Shown piece after piece: positions 29,300-38,669 of a stretch of DNA of 64,000 nt. The position numbers and the translations under genes were made by a program. The stretch comes from an uncultured Planctomycetia bacterium. Lineage in GTDB: Bacteria; Omnitrophota; Gorgyraeia; Duberdicusellales; Duberdicusellaceae. The notes under the pieces are model-generated. The model did no database searches, had not been told where the DNA came from, and saw nothing but the letters and a program-made list of their open reading frames with translations. The stretch covers positions 77,808 through 141,807 of the forward strand of contig CAZWJT010000007.1 of NCBI GenBank assembly GCA_964634935.1. The letters are read 5' to 3'. Positions within the stretch are counted from its first letter, which is position 1; every line of letters begins with the position of its first letter.

Positions 29300-29634
29300 T
29301 TTTTCTTTGGTTTTTATTCCTGGGTGTTTGTTTTGCAGAAAACGCGGACGTGAATGTTCTTGAGTTTAAATTCGGCGAAGTAATAGCGGGCGAACAACTT
29401 GAACACGTTTTTGTACTTCCGCGAGTGCGGGTTATTTCTTCTGTAACTTCATGCGAATGCATTTCATTACATTTTCTTGAGCGCGAAAATGCAACCCTGG
29501 TTAAACTCAAGTTCAATACGGCAGATTACTCAGGAGCAGTCGAACACTATGGTTTCGTAGCTACCGATAAGGGCAACTTCAAGCTTACCATTACTGCCTG
29601 GGTATTTTCAGGGGCTCTTGACGAATCCTCATGA
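29287..29634 (+). CDS. secreted DUF1573-like (Ig-fold) protein
   Basis: There is a signal peptide. 'FKFGEV..G......F...RVISSVTSCEC' resembles the DUF1573 'SCGCT' region. Confidence 0.4.
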   Translation: MGRIVFLWFLFLGVCFAENADVNVLEFKFGEVIAGEQLEHVFVLPRVRVISSVTSCECISLHFLERENATLVKLKFNTADYSGAVEHYGFVATDKGNFKLTITAWVFSGALDESS

Positions 29635-30896
29635 ATCTTCCTTTTCTTGTTTGTGCGGATAGCCGCGGAACTATTTATATTCATCCTTCCTTGCGTGTTG
29701 CGGCAAAAGCGTGGGATGTGTTTTGCGTTCCTTCCACTGCTGATTTTATCCCTGCCCCTGAAGGAACAATTTTTTACTATCTGCCAGGGCGTAATCCTGT
29801 GGGGTTTCATCGGGCAAGACAATCGTTTGAGCATGTTACGTCTTTCCATGGACGGAAGGTATTCGCGGTTTCTGCCTTTCTTCCCCCGGCGTATCTACGC
29901 CTTTATCATCCGGCCTGCTCTGTAGAAAAGTTTCAAATTCTTCCTCTTTGGAATTACATCGCTGCTGGCTGGTATGCGGGAAAATTTTATGTGGCAGCGC
30001 TGCGTATTGACAAAAAACTTCGGCAGAGCCCCCGGTTTTACAGAAATAGGCACTTACTTATTCAGAATATTGCTTCTATGCGCCGATTGTTTTCAAAGAA
30101 TCGTTTACTTCAGCATTTGTCTTTTTGTGCCTTGCGCTATAACTGTCTTGCTGCACAGAATTTCTTCTTACAGCGGTGGGAAGCTCCACTTCCGTGCTCT
30201 CCAGCATGCAACAGCAGGTGCATCGGTTGTTTATCGCTCCAGAAGGATTTTTGCGCTTCTCATGAGAGGATTTGTTTTGTGCCGACCGTTGAAGAAGTAT
30301 CGCAGCTTGGCATTTTTCACTTAAAAAGGGCATCAGAGGCAATCGTAAGTTTTGGGCAGGGTTGCGAGGGGGAACCTCTTTTAGAGGAGGATTTACTCGT
30401 TCATTCGATCCGGGCGATGCGGCAAGCGACATCGAAAGGAACGATCCATATGAATACAAACGCAAGCCGTCCTAAGAGCGTTGAACGGGTGTGCACCGCC
30501 GGGATTAATTCGATACGGGTTAGCTTAAATAGCGCCCGAGAAGATTCATACTGCCGGTATTTTAGGCCAGTTGGATATACTTTTTCCGATGTACTGGAAT
30601 CAATACGGATAGCCCGCAAGAAGAAAGTTTTTGTTTCGGTTAACCTCCTGACGTTTCCCGGATTTACCGATAGCTATCAGGAGGCAGAGGCTCTTTTTAC
30701 GTTTATCGCCAGAGCTGATATCCAGATGGTCCAGATGCGCAATCTCAATATCGATCCGGAGTATTATATGAGAACATTGCAGTGCAAACCAGGAAGTTCA
30801 ATGGGGATGCGTACGTTGGTGGCGCAGTTGCGCAAAAAATTCCGCCGGTTGAAAATCGGTTACTTTAATGTAAGCCGGAGTGAATTTGCTGGTTAA
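29631..30896 (+). CDS. radical SAM domain protein (function unknown)
   Basis: 'CNSRCIGC' is a CxxxCxxC motif. 'GQGCEGEPLL' is a GGE-type SAM motif. An N-terminal ~180-aa domain is of unknown function. Confidence 0.5.
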   Translation: MNLPFLVCADSRGTIYIHPSLRVAAKAWDVFCVPSTADFIPAPEGTIFYYLPGRNPVGFHRARQSFEHVTSFHGRKVFAVSAFLPPAYLRLYHPACSVEKFQILPLWNYIAAGWYAGKFYVAALRIDKKLRQSPRFYRNRHLLIQNIASMRRLFSKNRLLQHLSFCALRYNCLAAQNFFLQRWEAPLPCSPACNSRCIGCLSLQKDFCASHERICFVPTVEEVSQLGIFHLKRASEAIVSFGQGCEGEPLLEEDLLVHSIRAMRQATSKGTIHMNTNASRPKSVERVCTAGINSIRVSLNSAREDSYCRYFRPVGYTFSDVLESIRIARKKKVFVSVNLLTFPGFTDSYQEAEALFTFIARADIQMVQMRNLNIDPEYYMRTLQCKPGSSMGMRTLVAQLRKKFRRLKIGYFNVSRSEFAG

Positions 30897-30992
30897 GCGG
30901 ATCAGAGAGCAAAAAAACCAAGGGGAGATAAATTTTTGTTGCGGGCGGAAGATTTATCTTTTATAATACCTGTATTATTATAATCAGAAAGC

Positions 30993-33900
30993 ATGAATAA
31001 AAATCTACAGGACGAAAAATTTTCTGCTTTTCTGGATCCTTTTACCGGCGCCTACAACCGCAGTTTCCTTTTTCATATCTTGCCTGAAAAAATAGAAGAG
31101 ACGAAAACCAAAAAACAAAAATTTGCCCTTTTCATGATTGATTTGGATAATTTTAAGCACGTCAACGATACCTATGGGCATCTTGTAGGCGATAAAGTTC
31201 TTCGTGATATCGCGATGGTAATGCGTAAAGCATTGCGTGAACATGATTTTTTAATCCGTTACGCCGGAGACGAATTTTCGATTATCTTGAGTGATATTGA
31301 TTTACCAATTGTCTATAAGGTCGCCGACCGCATCTTAGAAGAGGTGCGCAGTATGAAGATTCAGACTGACCGGGGAGTGATTCAGCAGACGCTGAGTATG
31401 GGTTTTTCCCTTTTCCCGGCGGATGCAGAAACCCAGGATGCTTTAATCGATTGCGCGGACCAGGCGCTTTATCTTGCGAAAAAACGCGGTAAAAATAGTT
31501 ATGCTTCTTTTAAAGAAGTTGACATCAGCAACATCAGTCTCGAGGCCGGAATGCGTTTTTTCCCCTGCGCAAAATTTGTCGATAGAAAAAATGAGGCAAA
31601 GCTCGCTCACGACAAAGTTGCTCGGTGTGCGAAAGGTGGAAAGCTAGGAGGTATTATTGTTGTTGGAGAAACCGGCATCGGGAAAAGCCGTTTCCTGAAA
31701 GAGACTTCGCTCAGCGCAAGCGCGAGCGGCATGGAGGTTGTTTCTTTCGGGGCTTATTTGAAAAACAGTCTTGCTCCGTATTTTTTCTTGGTGCGTATTT
31801 TTGAAGATTATTTAAAGCAACGTGACGATTCGAATGGAACTTTTTCTCAAGAGATTATCGGGTCGCTCGAGAAGAACCAAAGAGAGATACTGAAGTTTTT
31901 TCTTCCTAAGATAGGGAAATCATCATTGAATGACCGGGATATTATTCGTGATGTTTCCGCGGTTTATGAAACATTTTCCTGTTTTCTTGCCGCTGTGATT
32001 CAGAAAACAGGAAAGCCGATATTTCTCTCCATTGATAATACGCAATATATCGATAATCATTCCTTGAAGTTTTTCTCCTATATCTTAAACAATAAGAAAA
32101 ATCTCAATATCCTGCTCTGGCTTTCGTTCGTTTATCCACTTCCACAGGGAGTATATGATATTAAGCTGACCGAGAAGTTTCTGGAAGATTTGAAGACCAT
32201 TCCTGAAATTTCAATCGTTCATCTGACAAATATTTCCGCTGGCGATACCCGTGATATGATTGCGGCTATTTTCTCCGGACTTGAGCATAACGAAGAATTT
32301 TGCCATTTGGTTTTTGAGATTACCAAAGGAGTTCCCTTTTTTATTGAGGAACTTTTAAAGTTTCTTTTGGAAAACTCCTGTATTTATTTTGAAAACAATG
32401 AGTGGCAGTTTAAGAATCAGATGAAAGATTCAATTCCCCGATCGCTTGAAGAGATCATTCGAACCCGGTTAAAAAGCCTCGATCCAGAACTTCGTGAAGC
32501 GATCCTGATTTCTTCGGTTATTGGAGAGGATATTAAGCCTGAAATTCTAAGCCAAATCCGCAACGCCAAGGAAGGTGATATCCTAGAGCTTCTTGATAAA
32601 GCGAAAAAGCTGAAGTTGGTTGGCGAGGAAAGCGGCAGTTTTAATTTTTTGAATGATACGGTTCGTAATGTGGGTTTGAGTGAAATACCTGAGGCCCGGC
32701 GGAAAACTATCTATCATAAGGTTTCAGATGTCTTATTTAATTACTACCGGGATAATCTAGAAAGCATGACGTCACAATTTATCGCGATGTTCAAGAAGAC
32801 CGAGAATATGGAGCAGCTGAGGAGTTTCACTGATATCGTTACTCAGAAGTCATCAGAGGTATTCCAGCCAGACCTTATTCTAAAATATTTGGAAGAAGTG
32901 CGTAAAGAAGATTCTGGTACGACTGCGGAACTTGAACAAATGGCTTCCCTCGACGAAACGCGGCTTCCTGAAGTCGTAGAAATTCTGGCAATTTTTCAGG
33001 GGGCAATGAAGAACTTTCGGTTATATCCCAAGGGCAGTAATTTACGAGAAACAATCTTAGAGAAATTTTTAAATACCTTAAAGAAAAATCTTGAGCGTTA
33101 TGGTCTCATCGTTATTTCAGAGGCTGAGAAATCGCTCGTTATTAATGATAAGCGCATTCCGCCTCGGGTTGCGAAAGGCATTGATTTGGACGCTATCGCA
33201 AAAATACTCATTAATAGGAATATCAAGTATATTTCTTTTGGGCGCGAGGTAACAAAAGAAGAGCTTGAGAAGTTTTTCGAAATTGTTTCGCTTGATCCTG
33301 AGATGCTTTTGGCTAACGGAGGATTTAACAAGTTACTTTCTGACCAGGGCATCGTGAATGTTACCGCAAAAAAAGGCGTCTATTCTCCAATCTCACGAGA
33401 TACGCCCGCAGGGGGAAAAGTGCGAGATAAGGTAGAGAATATGATGGTGCTTGATTTTATTCTCGGTAAAGTATCGGGGAAGGATCTGCAAAGTTCACAA
33501 CTTGCGGATGCGCTTATGAAGAACCCCAACCTCCTTTCGCAGCAGTTTCTCGACGCGGTGGAGTCGGCCCAAAAGATCGATCAATACTCGGATAAAATTG
33601 ATATTCTCTCGCAAAGCCTCTCGAAATTATATAATTTAGCAGATTTGGTTGAATCTGGAAAGATTACCCCGGAGCAATTAGGTGCGAACAAGGAAAAAGA
33701 AGCCTCCCCAGATGTAAAAGAAATTACTGATGAGCAGAAGGAGAAAAAAGTACCCGATGCAAGTTTCGTAGAGTCAGAAAAAACAAACAAGGAACCAGAG
33801 AAAAAACAACCGAAAAAGATTGTTTCCGAAGAGAAGAAAGAGATGAAGGTTGCGGAATCTTCTGAGGCGTCCGCTGAAGCAAAGATGCGAAATCTTGCCG

Positions 33901-35249
33901 ATAGCATTAAGCAGGTTTTTATGGGTTTTGATGCTGTTTCGCGGTTGAATCTGATCCGGAACATCGTGGACTTAAAAGACCCGGCAGTGAAAATATTAGG
34001 AACTATGACAGCAGAAGAAATCGTTGAAATGTTTTCTCAGGCACATAAGCAAGGAGCTTCTCTTTTCTTAATCAGTGAAGCGATGAAAAAAATAGAGTAT
34101 GTTTTTGAAGGGTTGGGCCGGGGGGACGAGCTTGTTCAGATTAAACAGAAGAGCAGCGGTATCTTTGGAGATGATCAAGAATATCTTTTCGATATGATGG
34201 GCGACGATAATCTTTGGAAAAGCCTGAATTTAAAAAAGAAGATAGACGCTTTTACCAAAGTTACATCGGAAGAATTTACTCAACTCAATAACGAAATACT
34301 TGCCGGACTCATTGTTGAGATGATCGAAAAGAATGAGAGTGATGAGTTTAAGAGGTTTTACGGAGCCTGTAAGAAGATAGCCCTTACTTCCGATAAGCTG
34401 AAAGAAAAGATCACGGCAGTTTATACTCAAGCGTTTACTTCGATCTATGCTCCGGGAAACGAGAAAATAAGAATCTCAGCCGTTATCTGCCTTTTGAGTA
34501 TTCTTTCCGACGCGCATGATGAAACAGACAGGGAAGCGTTGACTTTTGAGTTTATGCTTCTAAAAGATATTACCGAAAAACTGGGTTTCTATCAGTTTAA
34601 AAGAAAGGAAGAACGAATTGATTTCTCGGAGAAGATAAACTTTTTCTATCTGTTGTTTGAGCTTTTTAAGGAAAAAAGAGCAAGTTACGAATCTTTGGGC
34701 GATGTTGATAATGTTGCCATGATCAATAACTGGGTTAGTCTTTTCCATATTGAAGATATCGCATTCTCGCTCTTTGATTTCCATTTAAAAGGTATTATTA
34801 ATCTTGAAATTGTTGAAGAAAACATACGTATCGAAGCATATCTGCTCATGGAGAATTTTTTAGAGAAGATTTTTTCCGTGTTTACCAAGCAGCTGACGGA
34901 GGCAAACGATCCTTTTAATAAATTTGTTTTGGTGAGAAAGGTAAAAGATCTTTTCTCACATCTTACCGTTTCAGGCATTGAGAAGCTTCTTCAGCTGATT
35001 TACGATGTGTGCGTGCAGATTCCCGATGTTGTTGATCTTTTGGCATATGTGAACATCTCTCATCTGCAAAAGTTTTTACACGAGCGTTTCTTTACTTGGG
35101 ATGAACGGAGAAAAACCAAGATTATTGAAATGATCGGTATCTTGAAGATGAAGGATCTAGAAGGTTTCCTTCAGACGGTTTCAGAGCGTGAGTACAGCCC
35201 GGCGCTCAAGAAGTATGTCGCGCGTATTCGGGAGAACTTAGCGGGGTGA
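30993..35249 (+). CDS. GGDEF (diguanylate-cyclase-type) domain fused to STAND/AAA_16 NTPase and ~900-aa helical C-terminal region
   Basis: In the GGDEF domain the I-site 'REHD' is intact and the A-site is 'AGDEF'. Further in are the P-loop 'VVGETGIGKSRFL' and the AAA_16-typical 'GVPFFIEELL'. A K/E-rich low-complexity linker lies at about 33686..33890. Confidence 0.7.
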   Translation: MNKNLQDEKFSAFLDPFTGAYNRSFLFHILPEKIEETKTKKQKFALFMIDLDNFKHVNDTYGHLVGDKVLRDIAMVMRKALREHDFLIRYAGDEFSIILSDIDLPIVYKVADRILEEVRSMKIQTDRGVIQQTLSMGFSLFPADAETQDALIDCADQALYLAKKRGKNSYASFKEVDISNISLEAGMRFFPCAKFVDRKNEAKLAHDKVARCAKGGKLGGIIVVGETGIGKSRFLKETSLSASASGMEVVSFGAYLKNSLAPYFFLVRIFEDYLKQRDDSNGTFSQEIIGSLEKNQREILKFFLPKIGKSSLNDRDIIRDVSAVYETFSCFLAAVIQKTGKPIFLSIDNTQYIDNHSLKFFSYILNNKKNLNILLWLSFVYPLPQGVYDIKLTEKFLEDLKTIPEISIVHLTNISAGDTRDMIAAIFSGLEHNEEFCHLVFEITKGVPFFIEELLKFLLENSCIYFENNEWQFKNQMKDSIPRSLEEIIRTRLKSLDPELREAILISSVIGEDIKPEILSQIRNAKEGDILELLDKAKKLKLVGEESGSFNFLNDTVRNVGLSEIPEARRKTIYHKVSDVLFNYYRDNLESMTSQFIAMFKKTENMEQLRSFTDIVTQKSSEVFQPDLILKYLEEVRKEDSGTTAELEQMASLDETRLPEVVEILAIFQGAMKNFRLYPKGSNLRETILEKFLNTLKKNLERYGLIVISEAEKSLVINDKRIPPRVAKGIDLDAIAKILINRNIKYISFGREVTKEELEKFFEIVSLDPEMLLANGGFNKLLSDQGIVNVTAKKGVYSPISRDTPAGGKVRDKVENMMVLDFILGKVSGKDLQSSQLADALMKNPNLLSQQFLDAVESAQKIDQYSDKIDILSQSLSKLYNLADLVESGKITPEQLGANKEKEASPDVKEITDEQKEKKVPDASFVESEKTNKEPEKKQPKKIVSEEKKEMKVAESSEASAEAKMRNLADSIKQVFMGFDAVSRLNLIRNIVDLKDPAVKILGTMTAEEIVEMFSQAHKQGASLFLISEAMKKIEYVFEGLGRGDELVQIKQKSSGIFGDDQEYLFDMMGDDNLWKSLNLKKKIDAFTKVTSEEFTQLNNEILAGLIVEMIEKNESDEFKRFYGACKKIALTSDKLKEKITAVYTQAFTSIYAPGNEKIRISAVICLLSILSDAHDETDREALTFEFMLLKDITEKLGFYQFKRKEERIDFSEKINFFYLLFELFKEKRASYESLGDVDNVAMINNWVSLFHIEDIAFSLFDFHLKGIINLEIVEENIRIEAYLLMENFLEKIFSVFTKQLTEANDPFNKFVLVRKVKDLFSHLTVSGIEKLLQLIYDVCVQIPDVVDLLAYVNISHLQKFLHERFFTWDERRKTKIIEMIGILKMKDLEGFLQTVSEREYSPALKKYVARIRENLAG

Positions 35250-35253
35250 TAGC

Positions 35254-35706
35254 ATGGTGTTAACCCGGAAAAAAACAGCGCTTGTCGGGAAAATTCTTGT
35301 CGAAGCTGGCAGAATTACCGAAGAACAATTACGCGAAGCATTGTTACTGCAGAAGAATAAGTACCCCGATAAGAGTCTGGGCGCGATTCTTGTGTCGCTT
35401 GGGATCATCACCGAAGAGCAGATTTATACTGCGTTGACTCTGCAGTATGCGTATCCCTATATTTCGGTGAGTAGATATAAATTTCAGGAATCGGTTCTGG
35501 AACTCATTCCCAAAGAAGTTGCTATGAAGTATAATTTGGTGCCACTCGATAAATTTAAGGATATTTTGACAATCGCCATGTTGAACCCATTAGACCGGGG
35601 GGCAATTGAGAAAATAGAAGAAATCACCGGATTAAAGGTGCGAATCTTTGTGACCCCTCCCAAAGAATTGCAGGATGCGCTTGAGCTTGTCTATAAAAAC
35701 AAATAA
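35254..35706 (+). CDS. stand-alone T2SSE_N / MshE-N-type c-di-GMP-binding domain protein
   Basis: There are two tandem copies of the MshEN consensus: 'LVGKILVEAGRITEEQLREALLLQ' and 'SLGAILVSLGIITEEQIYTALTLQ'. The rest matches a GspE N-terminal domain. Confidence 0.7.
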   Translation: MVLTRKKTALVGKILVEAGRITEEQLREALLLQKNKYPDKSLGAILVSLGIITEEQIYTALTLQYAYPYISVSRYKFQESVLELIPKEVAMKYNLVPLDKFKDILTIAMLNPLDRGAIEKIEEITGLKVRIFVTPPKELQDALELVYKNK

Positions 35707-35708
35707 TC

Positions 35709-37001
35709 ATGCCAGAACAGCCAGACAATATTCCGAATCCCAATATCGAAAATGCAATGCCAGCGCCGGATGTTGAGATCCAAAAGGATGAGAAGGAATT
35801 TGTTGAAGTTACTTCGAGCGATGATATCGGAGCTATCGACAGTTTTGTCGTAAAGACCGTAAAAAAAATATTAACTGACGGTATCGATAAGCGTTCCAGC
35901 GATATATTTATTGAACCGCTCGAAGAAGCCATCCGCGTTCGTTATCGAATCGATGGTCTTTTAATAGAAGCAGGGCAGTACCCGCTTGAATATCTTTCTG
36001 GATTTGTCAGTCGAGTGAAGGTGCTTTCTAATTTGGATATCGCTGAGCATCGTTTTCCTCAAGATGGACGATTTCGGATAAAATATCGTGAGCGTTTCAT
36101 TGATTTTCGCGTTTCAACCCTGCCGAGTAATGTAGGAGAAAAAGTTGTATTGCGTGTTTTAGATAAAGGGAGTATTAATCTCGATATTGATGGTTTGAGT
36201 TTTGATGCGGAAACGGTTGACATACTGAAACGCAATCTTAAAAAACCGTATGGGATGATTCTTGTCTGCGGACCGACTGGATCCGGGAAGACTACAACTC
36301 TGTATTCTTGTCTTCGTTTTATTGATTCAGTGGAAACAAACATCATTACGGTTGAGGATCCTATTGAATACCAGTTTTTTGGCATCAATCAAGTCGCTGT
36401 CCAGGAGCATCTGGGTCTTACTTTTGCCGCTTCACTTCGTTCAATTTTACGGCAAGATCCGGACATAATTCTTGTTGGCGAAATTCGTGATTTTGAAACA
36501 GCGGACATTGCCGTGAAAGCTTCGCTTACCGGACATCTTGTTTTGAGTACTCTCCACACTACGACTTCAACGGGTGCGATTGTGCGGTTTATCAATATGG
36601 GGATTGAGCCATTTTTGGTTGCTTCTTCTTGTCTTGTTGCCGCTAGCCAAATGCTTCTCAGGAAGTTGTGCACGCACTGTAAGGAGCAGGTTGATTTGCC
36701 GGATGCTCTGAAGGCGGAATGTGAACGGAACAAGCTGCACTATACAGCGACAAAGATCTATAAACCGGCAGGGTGCCGTTTTTGTAACAACACAGGCTAC
36801 TTGGGGCGTCTCGGTATTATAGAAGCCGTGGAGATTACCCCGGCGATTCGGGAGCTTTTGATCCGTAAGGCAACTGAGAAACAACTCAGAGAAGCTTCTA
36901 TCCAGCAAGGAATGAAGAAACTGCGTGAAAAAGGGTTGGAAAAAATTCTTGATGGTTCAACGACTCTTGAAGAAGTCGTACGTACAACAAGCAGAGATTA
37001 A
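35709..37001 (+). CDS. GspE/PilB-family secretion ATPase core (N2 + C domains), MshE-like, lacking the N1 domain
   Basis: The motifs are Walker A 'GPTGSGKTTT', the Asp box, Walker B and the His box. The tetracysteine 'CTHCKEQ...CRFCNNTG' is present. The gene starts 3 nt after the stop of the MshEN gene. Confidence 0.7.
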   Translation: MPEQPDNIPNPNIENAMPAPDVEIQKDEKEFVEVTSSDDIGAIDSFVVKTVKKILTDGIDKRSSDIFIEPLEEAIRVRYRIDGLLIEAGQYPLEYLSGFVSRVKVLSNLDIAEHRFPQDGRFRIKYRERFIDFRVSTLPSNVGEKVVLRVLDKGSINLDIDGLSFDAETVDILKRNLKKPYGMILVCGPTGSGKTTTLYSCLRFIDSVETNIITVEDPIEYQFFGINQVAVQEHLGLTFAASLRSILRQDPDIILVGEIRDFETADIAVKASLTGHLVLSTLHTTTSTGAIVRFINMGIEPFLVASSCLVAASQMLLRKLCTHCKEQVDLPDALKAECERNKLHYTATKIYKPAGCRFCNNTGYLGRLGIIEAVEITPAIRELLIRKATEKQLREASIQQGMKKLREKGLEKILDGSTTLEEVVRTTSRD

Positions 37002-37006
37002 GAAGT

Positions 37007-38626
37007 TTGATGGAAAAGAACGCGTTTCCCCACACGGCATCCAGCGAGCGAGAAACTGATGAGTTTTTGTCTATTTGCCAGCAAGTTCAGTTTCCCCCTA
37101 TAGATCTGGCGCGATACGATATTCCCAAAGACGTTTTAAGCTTTATTCCAGAGCGGATTGCTCGAGCCTATCAGGTAATCCCTATTTCAAGGCTTGAGAG
37201 TATGTTGGTTGTCGCGGTTGCTGATCCGTTCAATGTTTTTGTTCTTGATAACTTGCGCCTTATTACTCAGAAAGAAATAAGCCCAGTGATCGGTTCTATT
37301 TCCCAAATTATTGACGCGATTGACCGGTGTTACGCTTTGCGTGAGGAAGGTTCAGGGGCTGATATTTCTGAAGATTCCGGCGAGAGCACTGACGGAAAAG
37401 GATTGGAGGTAGCTTCATTTAAAGAAGAGAAGTTTAATCTTGAAGAAGTTGCCAAGCTTTCCAAAGAAGCAAAGGTTGTCGGTTTGGTAAATGAGATTTT
37501 AAAAGAGGCAGTGAAGCGCCGTTCCAGCGATATTCATATCGAACCTTTTGAAACTATCGTTCGGACTCGCGTGAGAATTGACGGAATGCTTCATACGATT
37601 AAGGAAACAGAGAAGAAGTATCAGGAAGCGATCATTGCCCGACTAAAGCTCATGTCGCGTCTCGATATTACCCAGCGAAAAATTCCGCAGGATGGACGTT
37701 TTGGTTTTAAAGTTGAAGGGCGTGAGATCGATGTTCGTGTTTCCGTTCTTCCTATCGATTTTGGCGAAAAAATAGTAATGCGTCTTTTAGACCGGGCAAG
37801 CATTAATCTGTCGCTGGAAAAATTAGGATTTTCTCCGTATGCACTTGACGCATTTCAGAAGGCGATTGCTAAGCCGTATGGAATGATACTGTTAACGGGT
37901 CCTACGGGCTCCGGAAAGACAACGACGCTCTATACGATTCTCACGCATTTGAATACAATCGATAGGAATATAGTGACCATAGAAGATCCCGTTGAGTATA
38001 ATCTCAAAGGTATTACCCAGGTTCCCGTGCGCCACGATATCGGCCTTGATTTTGCTGGTATTTTACGTGCTACTTTGCGTCAATCTCCCGATATCATCAT
38101 GGTGGGGGAAATGCGTGATTTTGAAACAGTTGATATCGCGATGAAGGCTGCTTTGACTGGGCATATCGTTCTCAGCACTCTTCATACGAATGACGCTCCT
38201 TCCGCTATCACTAGGCTTTTGAATATGGATATCGAGCCATTTTTGATTTCTTCATCAATTAATATGATTGCTGCGCAGCGTTTAGTACGGAGAATTTGTC
38301 CAAAATGCAAGGAAAGTTACAAAGCAGATCTTACCACCCTTGAAGATGTTCCTGCCCAATATAGGAAGAAAGACGCAACACTTTATAGGGGCAAAGGATG
38401 TAATGAATGTGCGAATGGATATAAAGGTCGAGGAGCGGTTATCGAGGCTCTTATGTTTGACGATGAAATACGCGAGATGATCATGAAAGGTAAATCTCTC
38501 GATGAGATCAGAAATTACGCCAAGAAAGATGGCGGCATGAAAACCCTGCGCGAAGATGCAACTGAGAAAGTTTTACGGGGCGAGACGACTCTTGAAGAAA
38601 TGATCCGGGTAACCGTGGAGTTTTAG
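37007..38626 (+). CDS. pilB: type IV pilus assembly / type II secretion ATPase (GspE/PilB family), full length
   Basis: A T2SSE_N domain precedes Walker A 'GPTGSGKTTT' and the tetracysteine 'CPKCKES...CNECANG'. Confidence 0.8.
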   Translation: MMEKNAFPHTASSERETDEFLSICQQVQFPPIDLARYDIPKDVLSFIPERIARAYQVIPISRLESMLVVAVADPFNVFVLDNLRLITQKEISPVIGSISQIIDAIDRCYALREEGSGADISEDSGESTDGKGLEVASFKEEKFNLEEVAKLSKEAKVVGLVNEILKEAVKRRSSDIHIEPFETIVRTRVRIDGMLHTIKETEKKYQEAIIARLKLMSRLDITQRKIPQDGRFGFKVEGREIDVRVSVLPIDFGEKIVMRLLDRASINLSLEKLGFSPYALDAFQKAIAKPYGMILLTGPTGSGKTTTLYTILTHLNTIDRNIVTIEDPVEYNLKGITQVPVRHDIGLDFAGILRATLRQSPDIIMVGEMRDFETVDIAMKAALTGHIVLSTLHTNDAPSAITRLLNMDIEPFLISSSINMIAAQRLVRRICPKCKESYKADLTTLEDVPAQYRKKDATLYRGKGCNECANGYKGRGAVIEALMFDDEIREMIMKGKSLDEIRNYAKKDGGMKTLREDATEKVLRGETTLEEMIRVTVEF

Positions 38627-38669
38627 GTATGATAGAGGTGCTGACACAGGCGCGATAGAGGAGGCGAAT

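Noticed and set aside
33098-33964. Antisense ORFs (84 and 127 aa) inside the GGDEF-STAND gene
   Set aside because: They are low-complexity S/F-rich translations of the K/E-rich sense region. They are frame-shadow artefacts.
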